DNA of 64,000 nt from an uncultured Chlamydiae bacterium (GTDB lineage Bacteria > Chlamydiota > Chlamydiia > Chlamydiales > JAJFMA01), in the NCBI GenBank assembly GCA_963713615.1, contig CAVQMM010000001.1, positions 3,232,001 to 3,296,000 on the forward strand, in the 5' to 3' direction. Within the stretch, counting starts at the first letter, position 1. The number at the start of each line of letters is the position of its first letter. Under the pieces are notes generated by a model. That model did not search any database. It worked only from the letters and a program-made list of their open reading frames with translations, and was not told where the DNA came from. Both the position numbers and the translations under genes were made by a program. Positions 30,352 to 40,366 of this stretch are shown here, one piece after another.

Positions 30352-31732
30352 CTACGTCGCGGCTTGGCTGACGACATAGACTTGTCGCTGGCTTTTGTAC
30401 CGGACAAAGTAAATCAGGGTCATGACGCAACTGCAGATGGCTGTAGTCATGAAGGCTTGGTCTACCGTGCCTCCGTAGACGACGAGTACAAAATAGACTG
30501 GGACGACATACAGCAACCAGTTGCATAGTGTACTGATGACCATGATGAATTTGGTGTCTCCTGATGCTGTCAGCATACCTACGAGCGCCCAATAGATGCC
30601 ATCGATCAGATAAAACGAGCAGATCCATCCCAATGTACGTTGGAGGACCATGACAAATTCGGGGTTGGATAGAATTTGACGATCGTCCACTGACATAACC
30701 ATCCCAAACAGCTGCTCAGGTGCGGTAACGACCACTGCTGCTAAAGCGAGGCTAAAGATGGCCACCAGCTTGATGGCGCTTGTGAGGACTTTATCTAGAA
30801 AGTGGGTTTGGTTTCCACCGATCAGATTCGAAGCGATGGCCGTCACAGCCTTGGAGATACCTTCGGTAAGAAAGTGTCCGGCGATGTAAACGCTCTGAGC
30901 TAGGGTGACGATGGTGATCCCAAAGCCTCCAGAGAGGATGACGATGCGGAAAAAGACAAAGTGTGCCAACAGTTCGTTAAGGTGTCCGAGGCCCTGATGG
31001 CAGGCCGATCTTAACGCATTCCCAGAATGCTTTAGGGCGAAAGGCCCATGCATTGGTGCCATACTGTTTGCGGTATGAGGGCTTCCAGAAAATCATCAAA
31101 AAGAAGACGACACTAATAGCGCCACCTAAGCCTGTGGCAATGGCGGCTCCGGTAACTCCCATTTCGGGAAAAGGTCCCCATCCGAAGATTAAAATGGGAT
31201 CGACGATGACATTGATTAAATTGCCCAGAATAGTCGCAAATGTCACCAACTTCACAGTACCCTTGGCGGCGAAGAAGCCGCTGAGTGCCGGTGTGCAGAT
31301 GAAGAAAGGTCCAAAATAGAGCATTGTGCTGAAGTAATCGATCTCAAGCGCCTCGTTCCCGGTGCCCCAAAAGATATAGGGAGCGGCAAACCACGCAATC
31401 GCGCAAAAGACAGGCGCTAAAAATAGTGCGAACCAAAGCATCTGCCAGACGGGTTCGCCCATGCGCTGCTTCTGGTCGCTGCCATGGTATTGTCCGACGA
31501 AGACTTCGGCAATACCTGCTGTAAGCATAGGAACGATTAGAAAAACCCATACCGCCAAGCCTGCGTTTGCAGAGGCATTTAACGCCTGCAGGGAATAGTG
31601 GGCGAGATAGAGCCGGTCTGCGAACATCATTAAGCTACCGGAAAGCAGCGATAGCATGAGGGGATAGGCGATGTGCCACATCTCCCGAAGCGATCCGATT
31701 GGATGTCGAGTCAGTTGGTAACTATTTTGCAT
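30352..31732 (-). pseudogene. MATE efflux transporter split by a +1 frameshift
   Basis: Two overlapping ORFs encode the N- and C-halves; removing one base of ccc at 30992-30994 restores ...GLPSGLGHLNELLAH... Confidence 0.75.
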
Positions 31733-31871
31733 GATAATTCATCTTAATTTCTTGCGAAGATTTAATTGTAACGTATAATGATTAAAAATTCAACAACTAG
31801 TGTCAATGGGACAAGGAATTCAACATGTACATATTGACCCATTTGCGATCGTTGAATCGCGGGAGCTTTCG

Positions 31872-32031
31872 GGCCTTATTCACCTTTGCGGTCAGTTTTC
31901 GGTCGACTGCAAAAGGATCGTCTGTCGCGTTTTGCTCCTCGGACATAGCTGGCGCTATGCCCTCGTCACAAACCACGACATCCGACCTTTTTCGTCCGAC
32001 CGAAATTCTGACCGTAAAGGTGAACAAGGCC
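31872..32031. repeat. Repeat family E, full-length palindromic element (~160 bp)
   Basis: Arms ggccttattcacctttgcggtcag / ctgaccgtaaaggtgaacaaggcc; related copies at 46605 and 54142. Confidence 0.85.
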
Positions 32032-32078
32032 AGCTTTCGCGTGGGTCCAAATCCAAATTTATGACCGAGTGTGGTTCT

Positions 32079-32912
32079 ATGTCTTCGCAAGTATTGTCAA
32101 CATCTGCCAAAGTCGCAGCCATTTTACAATTATGTTTGGTATTTTCTGTAATCTTATGGGTGATGGTAGGGCCTTTTATGGGTAGTTACTTCACCACGAA
32201 ATCGTCGCAATTACTTTATAAGGCTGTCATTGGAGCTCCGGCCCCAGAGGGCAATATTAAGGAAGCACGTGCTTCTGAGCTCTTTGCTGCTCTACCTGAA
32301 AAGCAACGCGAACGTATCGCATTAGGCTATCAGCAGGTACAGCAGCAAACAGAAAAGACTTTTTTGGGCAAAAGCGCCGATGCTATCCGTACATTATTTT
32401 TGGGTTTGCCTTCCTTTACCCAGGCATGGCTGTTTTTTTCATTTGTGATCTCGCTGATGTTACTACTCCGTATTGAAGGTGCCGCCACAGCCGCTTGGGT
32501 GTTGCCTTTGGTGGCCTTGGCTTATGGTTACGATAATCGTTTCAATGGAGTTTCCTCAGGGACAGCACCAGATGCCGTGTTCTTCCCTTCAGAGCAATAT
32601 CTGGAGTCGACCTATCTTTCCGAGCCACTACAGGGCAGCTTTGCTGAACAAAATGCTCAGTTGACAGATGCGTGGCGGCGTTTTCTGATTGCTGAGTGGC
32701 TTCATGAAACGCCCAATAGCGATGTCACAGCCTTCGCTGATCAGGTAGAACGCGGCGAGCATGCGTTCCATCTAGCACGTATTGAAAAGCGTCTAGAAGC
32801 CTCTGACAGCATGCTCAATAATTCGTCGTTTACCAAAAAGCCCATTCCCTTGCTGGTAGTCTATGTGTTGGCTAATCTGGGTTTTGCTATTGTCGTCAAC
32901 CGCAGGAGATAG
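32079..32912 (+). CDS. Hypothetical membrane protein
   Basis: TM segments; start probably ATG 32061 or 32079 because the upstream in-frame extension is repeat-derived. Confidence 0.7.
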   Translation: MSSQVLSTSAKVAAILQLCLVFSVILWVMVGPFMGSYFTTKSSQLLYKAVIGAPAPEGNIKEARASELFAALPEKQRERIALGYQQVQQQTEKTFLGKSADAIRTLFLGLPSFTQAWLFFSFVISLMLLLRIEGAATAAWVLPLVALAYGYDNRFNGVSSGTAPDAVFFPSEQYLESTYLSEPLQGSFAEQNAQLTDAWRRFLIAEWLHETPNSDVTAFADQVERGEHAFHLARIEKRLEASDSMLNNSSFTKKPIPLLVVYVLANLGFAIVVNRRR

Positions 32913-32915
32913 CTC

Positions 32916-33665
32916 ATGCGCTTTGTGCCTTTGGATGAACCTCCACATCAGTGTGGTTACCTGCCTGATCGCAATGCTACTTATGAGTCTTACCTCGTTC
33001 TGGAGGCCACTCCGGAAGAAAGAGAGGCTCTCCTTAATGCTGGTTATCGCTCGTTTGGCAAATACTACTTTCGTCCAAAGTGTGTAGGGTGTCATCAGTG
33101 TGTTCCCTTACGTATTCCAGTAGATAAATTCGTGGCTACAAAATCACAAAGACGCGTTTGGAGACGTTGTCAGCAGATTGATGTGATGATCGATACGCCT
33201 CGTTATACCGATGAGAAGTTTGAGATCTACAGGGACCACCTACAGCGATTTAAGCATAAGTCAGGGGGTTCCTCTGTGGAAGACTTTGCCTTTTCTTTCT
33301 ATGATTCAACGATTCCCGCATTGGAATTTTGTTATTACCTGGAAGGCACCTTGGTGGCTGTTGGAATCGTTAATGTGTCTCCATCGGCATTGTCTTCGGT
33401 ATACTTTACCTACCGGTTGGCTTATGCCAAGTTGTCCTTAGGGACGTTTTCAGTGATGGCTGAGATAGATTATGCGCGTTGTTCAGGCAAACCCTACGTC
33501 TATCTAGGGTATTACGTGCAACACAATCACTTCATGGCCTATAAGGCGCGTTACTGTCCTAACGAGATCTTGACCTCCAGAGGGCAATGGATTCCCTTCT
33601 ACGATGCTATGGGGAATCTCTTGGAGGCTCCTCCGCATACCTTCGTGCCCTTCAAGTTCGTGTAG
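32916..33665 (+). CDS. Arginyl-tRNA-protein transferase-like (ATE/Bpt family)
   Basis: CGYLP, GYRSFGKYYFRPKC..C..C, LSSVYF, SLGTFS, YLGYYV...MAYKA. Confidence 0.88.
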   Translation: MRFVPLDEPPHQCGYLPDRNATYESYLVLEATPEEREALLNAGYRSFGKYYFRPKCVGCHQCVPLRIPVDKFVATKSQRRVWRRCQQIDVMIDTPRYTDEKFEIYRDHLQRFKHKSGGSSVEDFAFSFYDSTIPALEFCYYLEGTLVAVGIVNVSPSALSSVYFTYRLAYAKLSLGTFSVMAEIDYARCSGKPYVYLGYYVQHNHFMAYKARYCPNEILTSRGQWIPFYDAMGNLLEAPPHTFVPFKFV

Positions 33666-33926
33666 GAGAGGAGGAGGCAGGGAAGGGAGGAGGCAGGGAA
33701 GGGAGGAGGCAGGGAAGGGAGGAGGCAGGGAAGGGAGGAGGAGAGGAAAGAGGATTAGGAATTTTACCACAGAGGACACAGAGACGCCGAGATAGGAGAG
33801 AGAGGAATGAGGAAAGGTAGGATAGATTTTTTTGTTTTATTTATTTAATAAATAAAACAAGAAAATCTATCCTCTCTCTCCTATCTCGGCGTCTCTGTGG
33901 TAAAATTCCTAATCCTCTCCTACCTC
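33664..33926. repeat. Repeat family D element with four 16-bp purine-rich tandem units
   Basis: gaggaggcagggaagg at 33671, 33687, 33703 and 33719; arms gaggattaggaattttaccacagag...gacgccgagataggagagag and their inverse at ~33870-33920. Confidence 0.88.
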
Positions 33927-34421
33927 CTACCCCTCTCCTTCTCTTTCCTCTTGCAGGGTGGTGTAGGCATGGCGTCCAAAGCAGGGAAGAAAGAGGTCGC
34001 TGCCATAGCGCTTTTGATTTTTGGCTATGTAGGCAGCATTCAAGGTGCCTGGGGTAAGCCATAGGGCGATTCCATGGCATCTGTCTTCGCGATAGGCAAG
34101 GCGTTCAATGTTTTGCATGGGAACGGAGAAGAGCTTCTTTCCTTTACGCGATAGAGTTAAGGATTTGTCGACGACAAGGTGGTAGGGGTGTGCTTCAAGG
34201 TGTGTGAGCCGCCGGTAGGGGACCATGCCCAGACAGATCAGAGCTCCCCCGACTATAAAGACCCAAATCCCCCATTGTGATAGTGTTTCAGGGGGCATGG
34301 TGACGCCACAGACCAACCACAATAAGATTCCTGCAGCAGCAAATATACCGCCTTTGGCAAGCACAGCGCGTTTGTCAGCGCTACGAACACCGCTATATAG
34401 ATGGATGGGTGTCGTAGTCAA
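33927..34421 (-). CDS. Hypothetical membrane protein
   Basis: Two TM segments; start overlaps the kdsD stop (ATGA-type coupling). Confidence 0.7.
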   Translation of the reverse strand: MTTTPIHLYSGVRSADKRAVLAKGGIFAAAGILLWLVCGVTMPPETLSQWGIWVFIVGGALICLGMVPYRRLTHLEAHPYHLVVDKSLTLSRKGKKLFSVPMQNIERLAYREDRCHGIALWLTPGTLNAAYIAKNQKRYGSDLFLPCFGRHAYTTLQEEREGEG

Positions 34422-35377
34422 AGTCCAGACTGCAAGATGTCATGCATTTTGATGACGCCGAGAAGACGCCTTTTTTCATCGACGACGGGCATCGCTGTGA
34501 TGGCCTGGCTTTGGTCTGCTTCCATGCTCTTCATGGCATCCCAAGCAAGGACATCGCTTGTAATACAGCGAGGGGTTTTTGTCATGAGTTCTTCAAGGGG
34601 TTTTTCTAGAGCAGCGATGCCAAACTGCTGCAAAGCGCGGCGAAGGTCGCCATCGGTGAAAATGCCGCTGAGGATGCCATCATCGTCGACGACCAGGATG
34701 CAACCGCATCCTTTGCTGGAGAGTTCTCCCAGAATATTGAGTGCGACGTCACTGCCGCGGCAGGTAGGTATGCGCTTATCCGTGATCATGAGGTCACTGA
34801 CGCGTAAGGAAATGCGTTTGCCAATACGCCCTCCAGGGTGATTGAGGGCGTAGGCATCCAGGGTGAAACGCTTCTCGCGCATTAAGCCGACGGTAAGGAC
34901 GTCGCCGAAGATCATCTGAATAGCTGTAGAGGTTGTCGGAGCAAGGTTGAAAGGACAAAGTTCCTGCTTGAGCGGCAAGACGATGTTGTAGTGGCAGGCT
35001 TTTGCCAAGCGGCTGTTAGGTTGGGATACTATCGCTACCAGCTTAGCGCCTTTGTTGCGGATAAAGGGTGCTAGGCTCAGCAGCTCGTCGCTTTCTCCGC
35101 TCTTACTAAACATAATAAAAATGTCTTTGTCAGTCACCATGCCGAGGTCCCCGTGAAGGGCGTCAGTAGCTGAAATATAGAGAGCTCGCGTCCCCGTAGA
35201 CACCATAGTGACAGCAACTTTATTGGCGACGAGACCGCTCTTACCTATGCCAGTAAAACATAGGGCACCCTGACATTCTTTTAAAATGGTGAAAATATGC
35301 TCGGCAGCCTCGATGTCAATTTTGTTAAAGAAATAATCGATGTAGGAACGATTCAGTTCAAAAAGCTCGCGCAACAT
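34418..35377 (-). CDS. kdsD: Arabinose-5-phosphate isomerase (KpsF/GutQ; SIS plus CBS domains)
   Basis: GIGKSG, ALHGDLG, SKSGES, APTTST, HPGG, TDGDLRR. Confidence 0.93.
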   Translation of the reverse strand: MLRELFELNRSYIDYFFNKIDIEAAEHIFTILKECQGALCFTGIGKSGLVANKVAVTMVSTGTRALYISATDALHGDLGMVTDKDIFIMFSKSGESDELLSLAPFIRNKGAKLVAIVSQPNSRLAKACHYNIVLPLKQELCPFNLAPTTSTAIQMIFGDVLTVGLMREKRFTLDAYALNHPGGRIGKRISLRVSDLMITDKRIPTCRGSDVALNILGELSSKGCGCILVVDDDGILSGIFTDGDLRRALQQFGIAALEKPLEELMTKTPRCITSDVLAWDAMKSMEADQSQAITAMPVVDEKRRLLGVIKMHDILQSGL

Positions 35378-35477
35378 AAGTTCTCCCTGTCCAATCCACT
35401 TGCGGTCCCCCGATTCTAAAGTAGGCCTGCATTCCGGGCAAGACCTAGGAGACGAGCGGGGCGGGATAGAAGGTGTG

Positions 35478-35690
35478 GGAGAGAAGAGAGGATTGGGAAT
35501 TTGACCACAGGACAGGTGCTCAATCTAACCTTTTTTATTAAATTGGGGATCTGTTCAGAGCCAGCAGTAACTGAACATTCTTTCCTCTTCCTCTCTCTCC
35601 TACCTCGGCGTCTCTGTGTCCTCTGCGGTAAAATTCCTAATCCTCTTTCCTCTCCCCTCTCCTCCCCCCTCCCTTGCCTCCTCCTCTCCA
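35478..35690. repeat. Repeat family D copy
   Basis: Right arm ctcggcgtctctgtgtcctctgcggtaaaattcctaatcctc; degenerate left arm gaggattgggaatttgaccacag. Confidence 0.8.
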
Positions 35691-35753
35691 TTGTAAAAAA
35701 TTCGCTAGCAGGGCACGATTCATAAAGTTAACAAAACCTAAGGTGATAGCATT

Positions 35754-37247
35754 ATGGCAGCAAATAAGGCTTCAATCGCTGTAGCGCGCGGTGACGGAAT
35801 TGGTCCAGAGATCATGGAAGCGACCCTTCATATCCTGGCTGAGAGTGGTGCGGTTCTCGATATCCAAGAGGTTGAGATTGGCGAAAAGGTTTACCTTAAG
35901 GGACATCGGTTCGGTATCGAACCCAAAACCTGGGAAATTCTTCGCAACACCGACGCCTTCCTCAAGGCACCGATCACTACTCCACAGGGTGGAGGTTTTA
36001 AAAGTATCAATGTCACCGTCCGGGTTTTGTTGGGGCTATACGCTAATATTCGTCCTTGTACGGCTTACTATCCGTTTGTAGAAACGAAGCATCCTAAGAT
36101 GGATGTGGTGATTGTTCGAGAAAATGTGGAAGACCTCTACATCGGATTGGAGTATCGTCAGACGCCCGACGCTGTGCAGGCTATCAAGCTCATTACACGC
36201 ACGGGTTGTGAGAAGATTATCCGGTATGCCTTCAACTATGCTGAGCTAAACGAACGCAAGAAGGTGACTTGTTTCACCAAAGACAACATTTTGAAGTTGT
36301 CGGATGGTCTTTTTCATAAAGTCTTTGATGAGATTGGTGAGGAGTACCCCAAGATCGAAAAGGAACACTGGATCGTCGATATCGGAGCCGCTAAGCTGGC
36401 GGATCGTCCAGATACCTTTGATGTGATTGTGATGCCCAACCTTTATGGCGATATCCTATCTGATGTGGCAGCACAAATCGCTGGGTCTGTAGGCTTGGCA
36501 GGTTCGGCTAATGTCGGCGATAATGGTGCTATGTTCGAAGCGATTCATGGATCAGCTCCCCGTCGTGCAAACCAAAATCTTGCTAATCCTTCTGGGCTCT
36601 TGCTGGCTTCAGTGATGATGTTAGTGCACTTGGGTCAGCCCGAGGCCGCTATGCGTATTCATAATGCGTGGTTGAAGACGCTAGAAGATGGTATCCATAC
36701 CTACGATATCTTTAGGGAAGGGACCAGTCGTCAAAAAGTGGGAACCAAAGAGTTTGCTCAAGCTGTGGTGGATCGCCTCGGCCAAAAACCTGAAACGCTT
36801 AAGGAAGCAGTCTATGCGCTGCATCCAGCAGATGTCATTTCTCACAAGCATGAGCTATCTATTTCGGCTGCAGGTCGTGAGAAGGAACTTGTCGGTGTGG
36901 ACGTCTTTGTTCAAGCGATAGCAACAGTAGAAGAATTTCATGAACGTCTCGCTAAGATGGGTGACGACCGGCTGCAGCTCACCTTGATCGGCAATCGCGG
37001 CGCGAAGGCATGGCCAGACCCTACGCCTGGCTTGGCTGTGATCGATCACTGGCGCTGCCGCTTTATGGCGGCCAGTCCAGAGGTTGTCATCAACCACCAC
37101 GATATTGCGGCTCTATTACGGCGTCTTGCTGATGCCAAGATTGACTTTGTTCAGACGGAGCATCTGCATCTATTTGGCGGTGAAGTGGGCTATTCTGTTG
37201 CTCAAGGTGAAGGTCAGCCACAGATGCTTCGGACCACTCCTGATTAG
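35754..37247 (+). CDS. icd: NADP-dependent isocitrate dehydrogenase
   Basis: GDGIGPEI, KAPITTP, TKDNILK, NLYGDILSD, FEAIHGSAP. Confidence 0.92.
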   Translation: MAANKASIAVARGDGIGPEIMEATLHILAESGAVLDIQEVEIGEKVYLKGHRFGIEPKTWEILRNTDAFLKAPITTPQGGGFKSINVTVRVLLGLYANIRPCTAYYPFVETKHPKMDVVIVRENVEDLYIGLEYRQTPDAVQAIKLITRTGCEKIIRYAFNYAELNERKKVTCFTKDNILKLSDGLFHKVFDEIGEEYPKIEKEHWIVDIGAAKLADRPDTFDVIVMPNLYGDILSDVAAQIAGSVGLAGSANVGDNGAMFEAIHGSAPRRANQNLANPSGLLLASVMMLVHLGQPEAAMRIHNAWLKTLEDGIHTYDIFREGTSRQKVGTKEFAQAVVDRLGQKPETLKEAVYALHPADVISHKHELSISAAGREKELVGVDVFVQAIATVEEFHERLAKMGDDRLQLTLIGNRGAKAWPDPTPGLAVIDHWRCRFMAASPEVVINHHDIAALLRRLADAKIDFVQTEHLHLFGGEVGYSVAQGEGQPQMLRTTPD

Positions 37248-37297
37248 CGTCTGTGGGTGGGCAGGAACACAGGCAATGTCCCTAGCGTAAATGTGAT

Positions 37298-38539
37298 TTA
37301 GATATCGCTGCCTTCAAGTTCGATGCGCTCTGCGTGGTAGTATTGCCGTTCGTCCAGCTCGCCTTCGCGCTTGGCAACATACACACATGTGACCGCATCA
37401 CCGGTAATGTTAAGTGCTGTTGAGAACATTTCGCGTAGTCGATCAACTCCTAGAAGAATCGTCAATCCTTCCAATGGCAACGGTACTGCACCCAGAACAA
37501 CGGATAGCATCAGATAGCCAGTTCCAGGAATACCGGCAGCTCCGACGGCTGACATAACGGCAGCGACGACGATGGTGAGGACTTGTGTCCACTGGAGTTC
37601 GATGCCATAGGCCTGCGCGACGAACAGGGCTGCCATGCCTTGAAAGATAGCCGCGCCATTCATATTGAAAGCTGTCCCTAAGGGTAGAGAGAAACTGGCG
37701 ATATTTTTAGATACCCCAAGATTTTCCTGACAGCAATGTAGCGCCACAGGCAAGGCAGCAGAGCTGCTACAGGTTGAAAAGCCTACCATGATGGCGTCGC
37801 TCATCCCACGTAGAAATGGGAGAGGGTTAAGACGCGCTAAGAAGTAGAGAATGCCCATATGCACCAACACAAAGTGCAACACACAGGCTAATAGGTAAAC
37901 GAGGAAAAATTTTAGCATCGTCCCCAAGACACCTATGCCAAGTGTGCCTGTCACCGACGCCATGATGGCGAAGACACCAATAGGGGTAAATTCCATTACG
38001 ATAGACGTCAGGCGGTACATTACGTCGGCTAGGGATTCCATGAATTCCAAGAGGCCCCTTCCACGCTCGCCAGCAAAATTGATGGAAATACCTAGGAAAA
38101 TGGAAAAGACGATGATTTGCAGAATATTCTCATTAGCTAATGCTGCAAATGGGTTACTTGGGATAACGCCCAAGAGCATGTCTGCGATCGAGGGCGCTTG
38201 CGGTACTGTTTCCTGCTGCGCAGCAAGGTCCGCGGTTAGACTCAGAGAGCTCCCCGGTTCAAACAAAAAACCTAGGGATATGCCCCAGGTAATGGCAATA
38301 ATCGTGGTGAACAAATAGAGCGTCATCAGCGTCAACCCGACTCGCCCAAGCTTTTTGGGGTCATGGATATTGGTGATCCCTACGGTCATCGAAGAGAGCA
38401 CTAAGGGCACGACGATCATCTTGATCAAGCGCAGAAAAGCTTCACCAATAGGTTTTAGAGAGGCGGCACTCTCACCAAAGGTCAGACCGGCAAGCACTCC
38501 TAGAGCCATTGCTACGAGAATTTTCATCCAAAGTTTCAT
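37298..38539 (-). CDS. Dicarboxylate/amino acid:cation symporter (GltP/DctA family)
   Basis: FLRLIKM, STCSSSAALP, FNMNG, GAAGIPG, DRLREM...NITGD. Confidence 0.9.
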   Translation of the reverse strand: MKLWMKILVAMALGVLAGLTFGESAASLKPIGEAFLRLIKMIVVPLVLSSMTVGITNIHDPKKLGRVGLTLMTLYLFTTIIAITWGISLGFLFEPGSSLSLTADLAAQQETVPQAPSIADMLLGVIPSNPFAALANENILQIIVFSIFLGISINFAGERGRGLLEFMESLADVMYRLTSIVMEFTPIGVFAIMASVTGTLGIGVLGTMLKFFLVYLLACVLHFVLVHMGILYFLARLNPLPFLRGMSDAIMVGFSTCSSSAALPVALHCCQENLGVSKNIASFSLPLGTAFNMNGAAIFQGMAALFVAQAYGIELQWTQVLTIVVAAVMSAVGAAGIPGTGYLMLSVVLGAVPLPLEGLTILLGVDRLREMFSTALNITGDAVTCVYVAKREGELDERQYYHAERIELEGSDI

Positions 38540-38862
38540 TATACAATCCTGTAGTGGAGTCCCTAAGATCTTACTCAATCGCGGCTTTTTTGCCCAACCT
38601 CTGAACCCGAAACGCTAGTGTAAACCGGACTGCTTGTCCAGTTGTAAATTTCCCCAAGTGAAATTTTTATTCACCGAGACCCTCTATCCTCAAACTCAAA
38701 AAAAAATAACATAAATGACTATATCTTCGCAATCAGAATGATGATACGAACTTAAAATTAAACGTTGATTGAAATATAAATAGTTTGATTTAATAGTATT
38801 GTGGTTACAAAAGATTGTATGATAGGGGATATAGTAATTTAAAAAGATTGAGTGGGACGCCC

Positions 38863-39744
38863 ATGAACGGATTTTTCAAGCGAGTGGGCGTGTGTGTGTT
38901 AGTACAGTGGATGATGATCATTGCGGTATCGGCTACTCAGCCAGTGCTTGGGTTTGTGCTTGAGAAACCCAGTCCAAAATGGGGTCCTTCTCCTCAAGTT
39001 GGTACAACGGGAGGGACTGTCGACTGGACAATTCTTCCAGCAGGTGAAACTTTTAACGTCGGCGGGAGCACATTCATCAGCACGGCTCTCGATGTTCAGC
39101 CAAGAGCAGGGCTACTGACTCCCGCGCAGATAGATCATCAGATCAACAGGGCATTCGATACTTATCAGGCTGCAGCGAACATTAATTTTGAGGAAGTGGC
39201 CTATGTTCCCAAGGCTCCTGCCTTGCACGTCGGCGAAATTACCCTTGGAGCTCATTCTTTTGGTGCGTCCAATAAAAGTGAACTAGCCTATACCTTATAT
39301 TCGATAGGGCCTAATGATGCCATTTCAGCCGATATTCAATTTAACAGTGACTGGCTATGGGAAAGTGGTAATGCATTGGGTAACCTAGCAGTGGACCTAT
39401 ACTCTGTGGCTTTGCATGAAATAGGTCATGCTCTGGGGCTCGCTCACGATACGACTAATGTTGCGGTAATGAACCCCATCATCAGTACAAGTACGGTTTA
39501 TACGGGTTTATTTGCCGACGATCTTGCAGGGATCCAATACCTTTATGGTAAGCGTGGCAATTCCACGGGACCAGTAACGCCGCCACCACCGGTTTATAAG
39601 CAGACCGGCAGTGCCGATGTGAGGTTGCCTGAACCCAGTACCTATCTGTTATTAGGAGCTTTTCTGTTGGTTGCTGTGATGAAAGGACCAAAGGGACATA
39701 AAAGACATAAAGGACGAAAGGACCAAAGGGACGAAAAGAGGTAA
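38863..39744 (+). CDS. Matrixin-like (M10/metzincin) metalloprotease with PEP-CTERM sorting signal
   Basis: Signal peptide; HEIGHALGLAH plus Met-turn AVMNP; LPEPSTYLLLG, then a TM helix and a basic tail. Confidence 0.85.
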   Translation: MNGFFKRVGVCVLVQWMMIIAVSATQPVLGFVLEKPSPKWGPSPQVGTTGGTVDWTILPAGETFNVGGSTFISTALDVQPRAGLLTPAQIDHQINRAFDTYQAAANINFEEVAYVPKAPALHVGEITLGAHSFGASNKSELAYTLYSIGPNDAISADIQFNSDWLWESGNALGNLAVDLYSVALHEIGHALGLAHDTTNVAVMNPIISTSTVYTGLFADDLAGIQYLYGKRGNSTGPVTPPPPVYKQTGSADVRLPEPSTYLLLGAFLLVAVMKGPKGHKRHKGRKDQRDEKR

Positions 39745-40366
39745 TTGCAGAAGTCCGATTTTCCGAAATCAATTTCCTGAAAATCGGATGCCGGTGAAGA
39801 GAGAGTCATTCCCTTCCCAGGCCCGAAGGGTCGATATTGCAACAGGCCATGGCATCGCCACATAGGCCTCAACCTAACAGGTCTTTTGAGCTTATATCTC
39901 AATGACTTAGGACTTCACAATCGTATCTCGGCGCGCAGCGCTTTGGAGTGCGGTCGCTTGCGACCGCTTTTCGTTCCTTGGGACGGCAATGCTAAACGGC
40001 ATTGTATGGATTCGTCGAAGGCTGTATGTACTAACTATTTTACCCTTAGGGAATTATAGTGATGCCGTTGCACACGACCGTCGCAAGGAACCCAAAGCGG
40101 TCGCAAGCGACCGCACTCCAAAGCGCTGCGCGCCGAGATACGATTGTTAGGCTTAGGTTGAGGCCTATGTGGCGATGCCATGGCCTGTTGCAATATCGAC
40201 CCTTCGGGCCTGGGAAGGGAGAAAAGCCTGTCTTTCCAGACTGGATAGTGCCATACCACTTAAGCTCTCCAGAATCGCCTTCTCACAAAAAAAAGTGATT
40301 TTTTTTCCCAAGAATCGATCCATGAGAGCCCAAATACTTCTGAAGTCACTTTGGTCCTTTTGTCCA
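39683..40366. mobile_element. Nested composite palindromic element, copy 1
   Basis: ggac-type repeats > agaggtaattgca end > REP-A variant pair > REP-B pair; nearly identical to 48410-49162. Confidence 0.85.

Noticed and set aside
31800..32060. N-terminal ~90 aa of the 370-aa ORF
   Set aside because: Mostly the family E palindrome read in frame from a GTG with no clear RBS; not accepted as coding without evidence.
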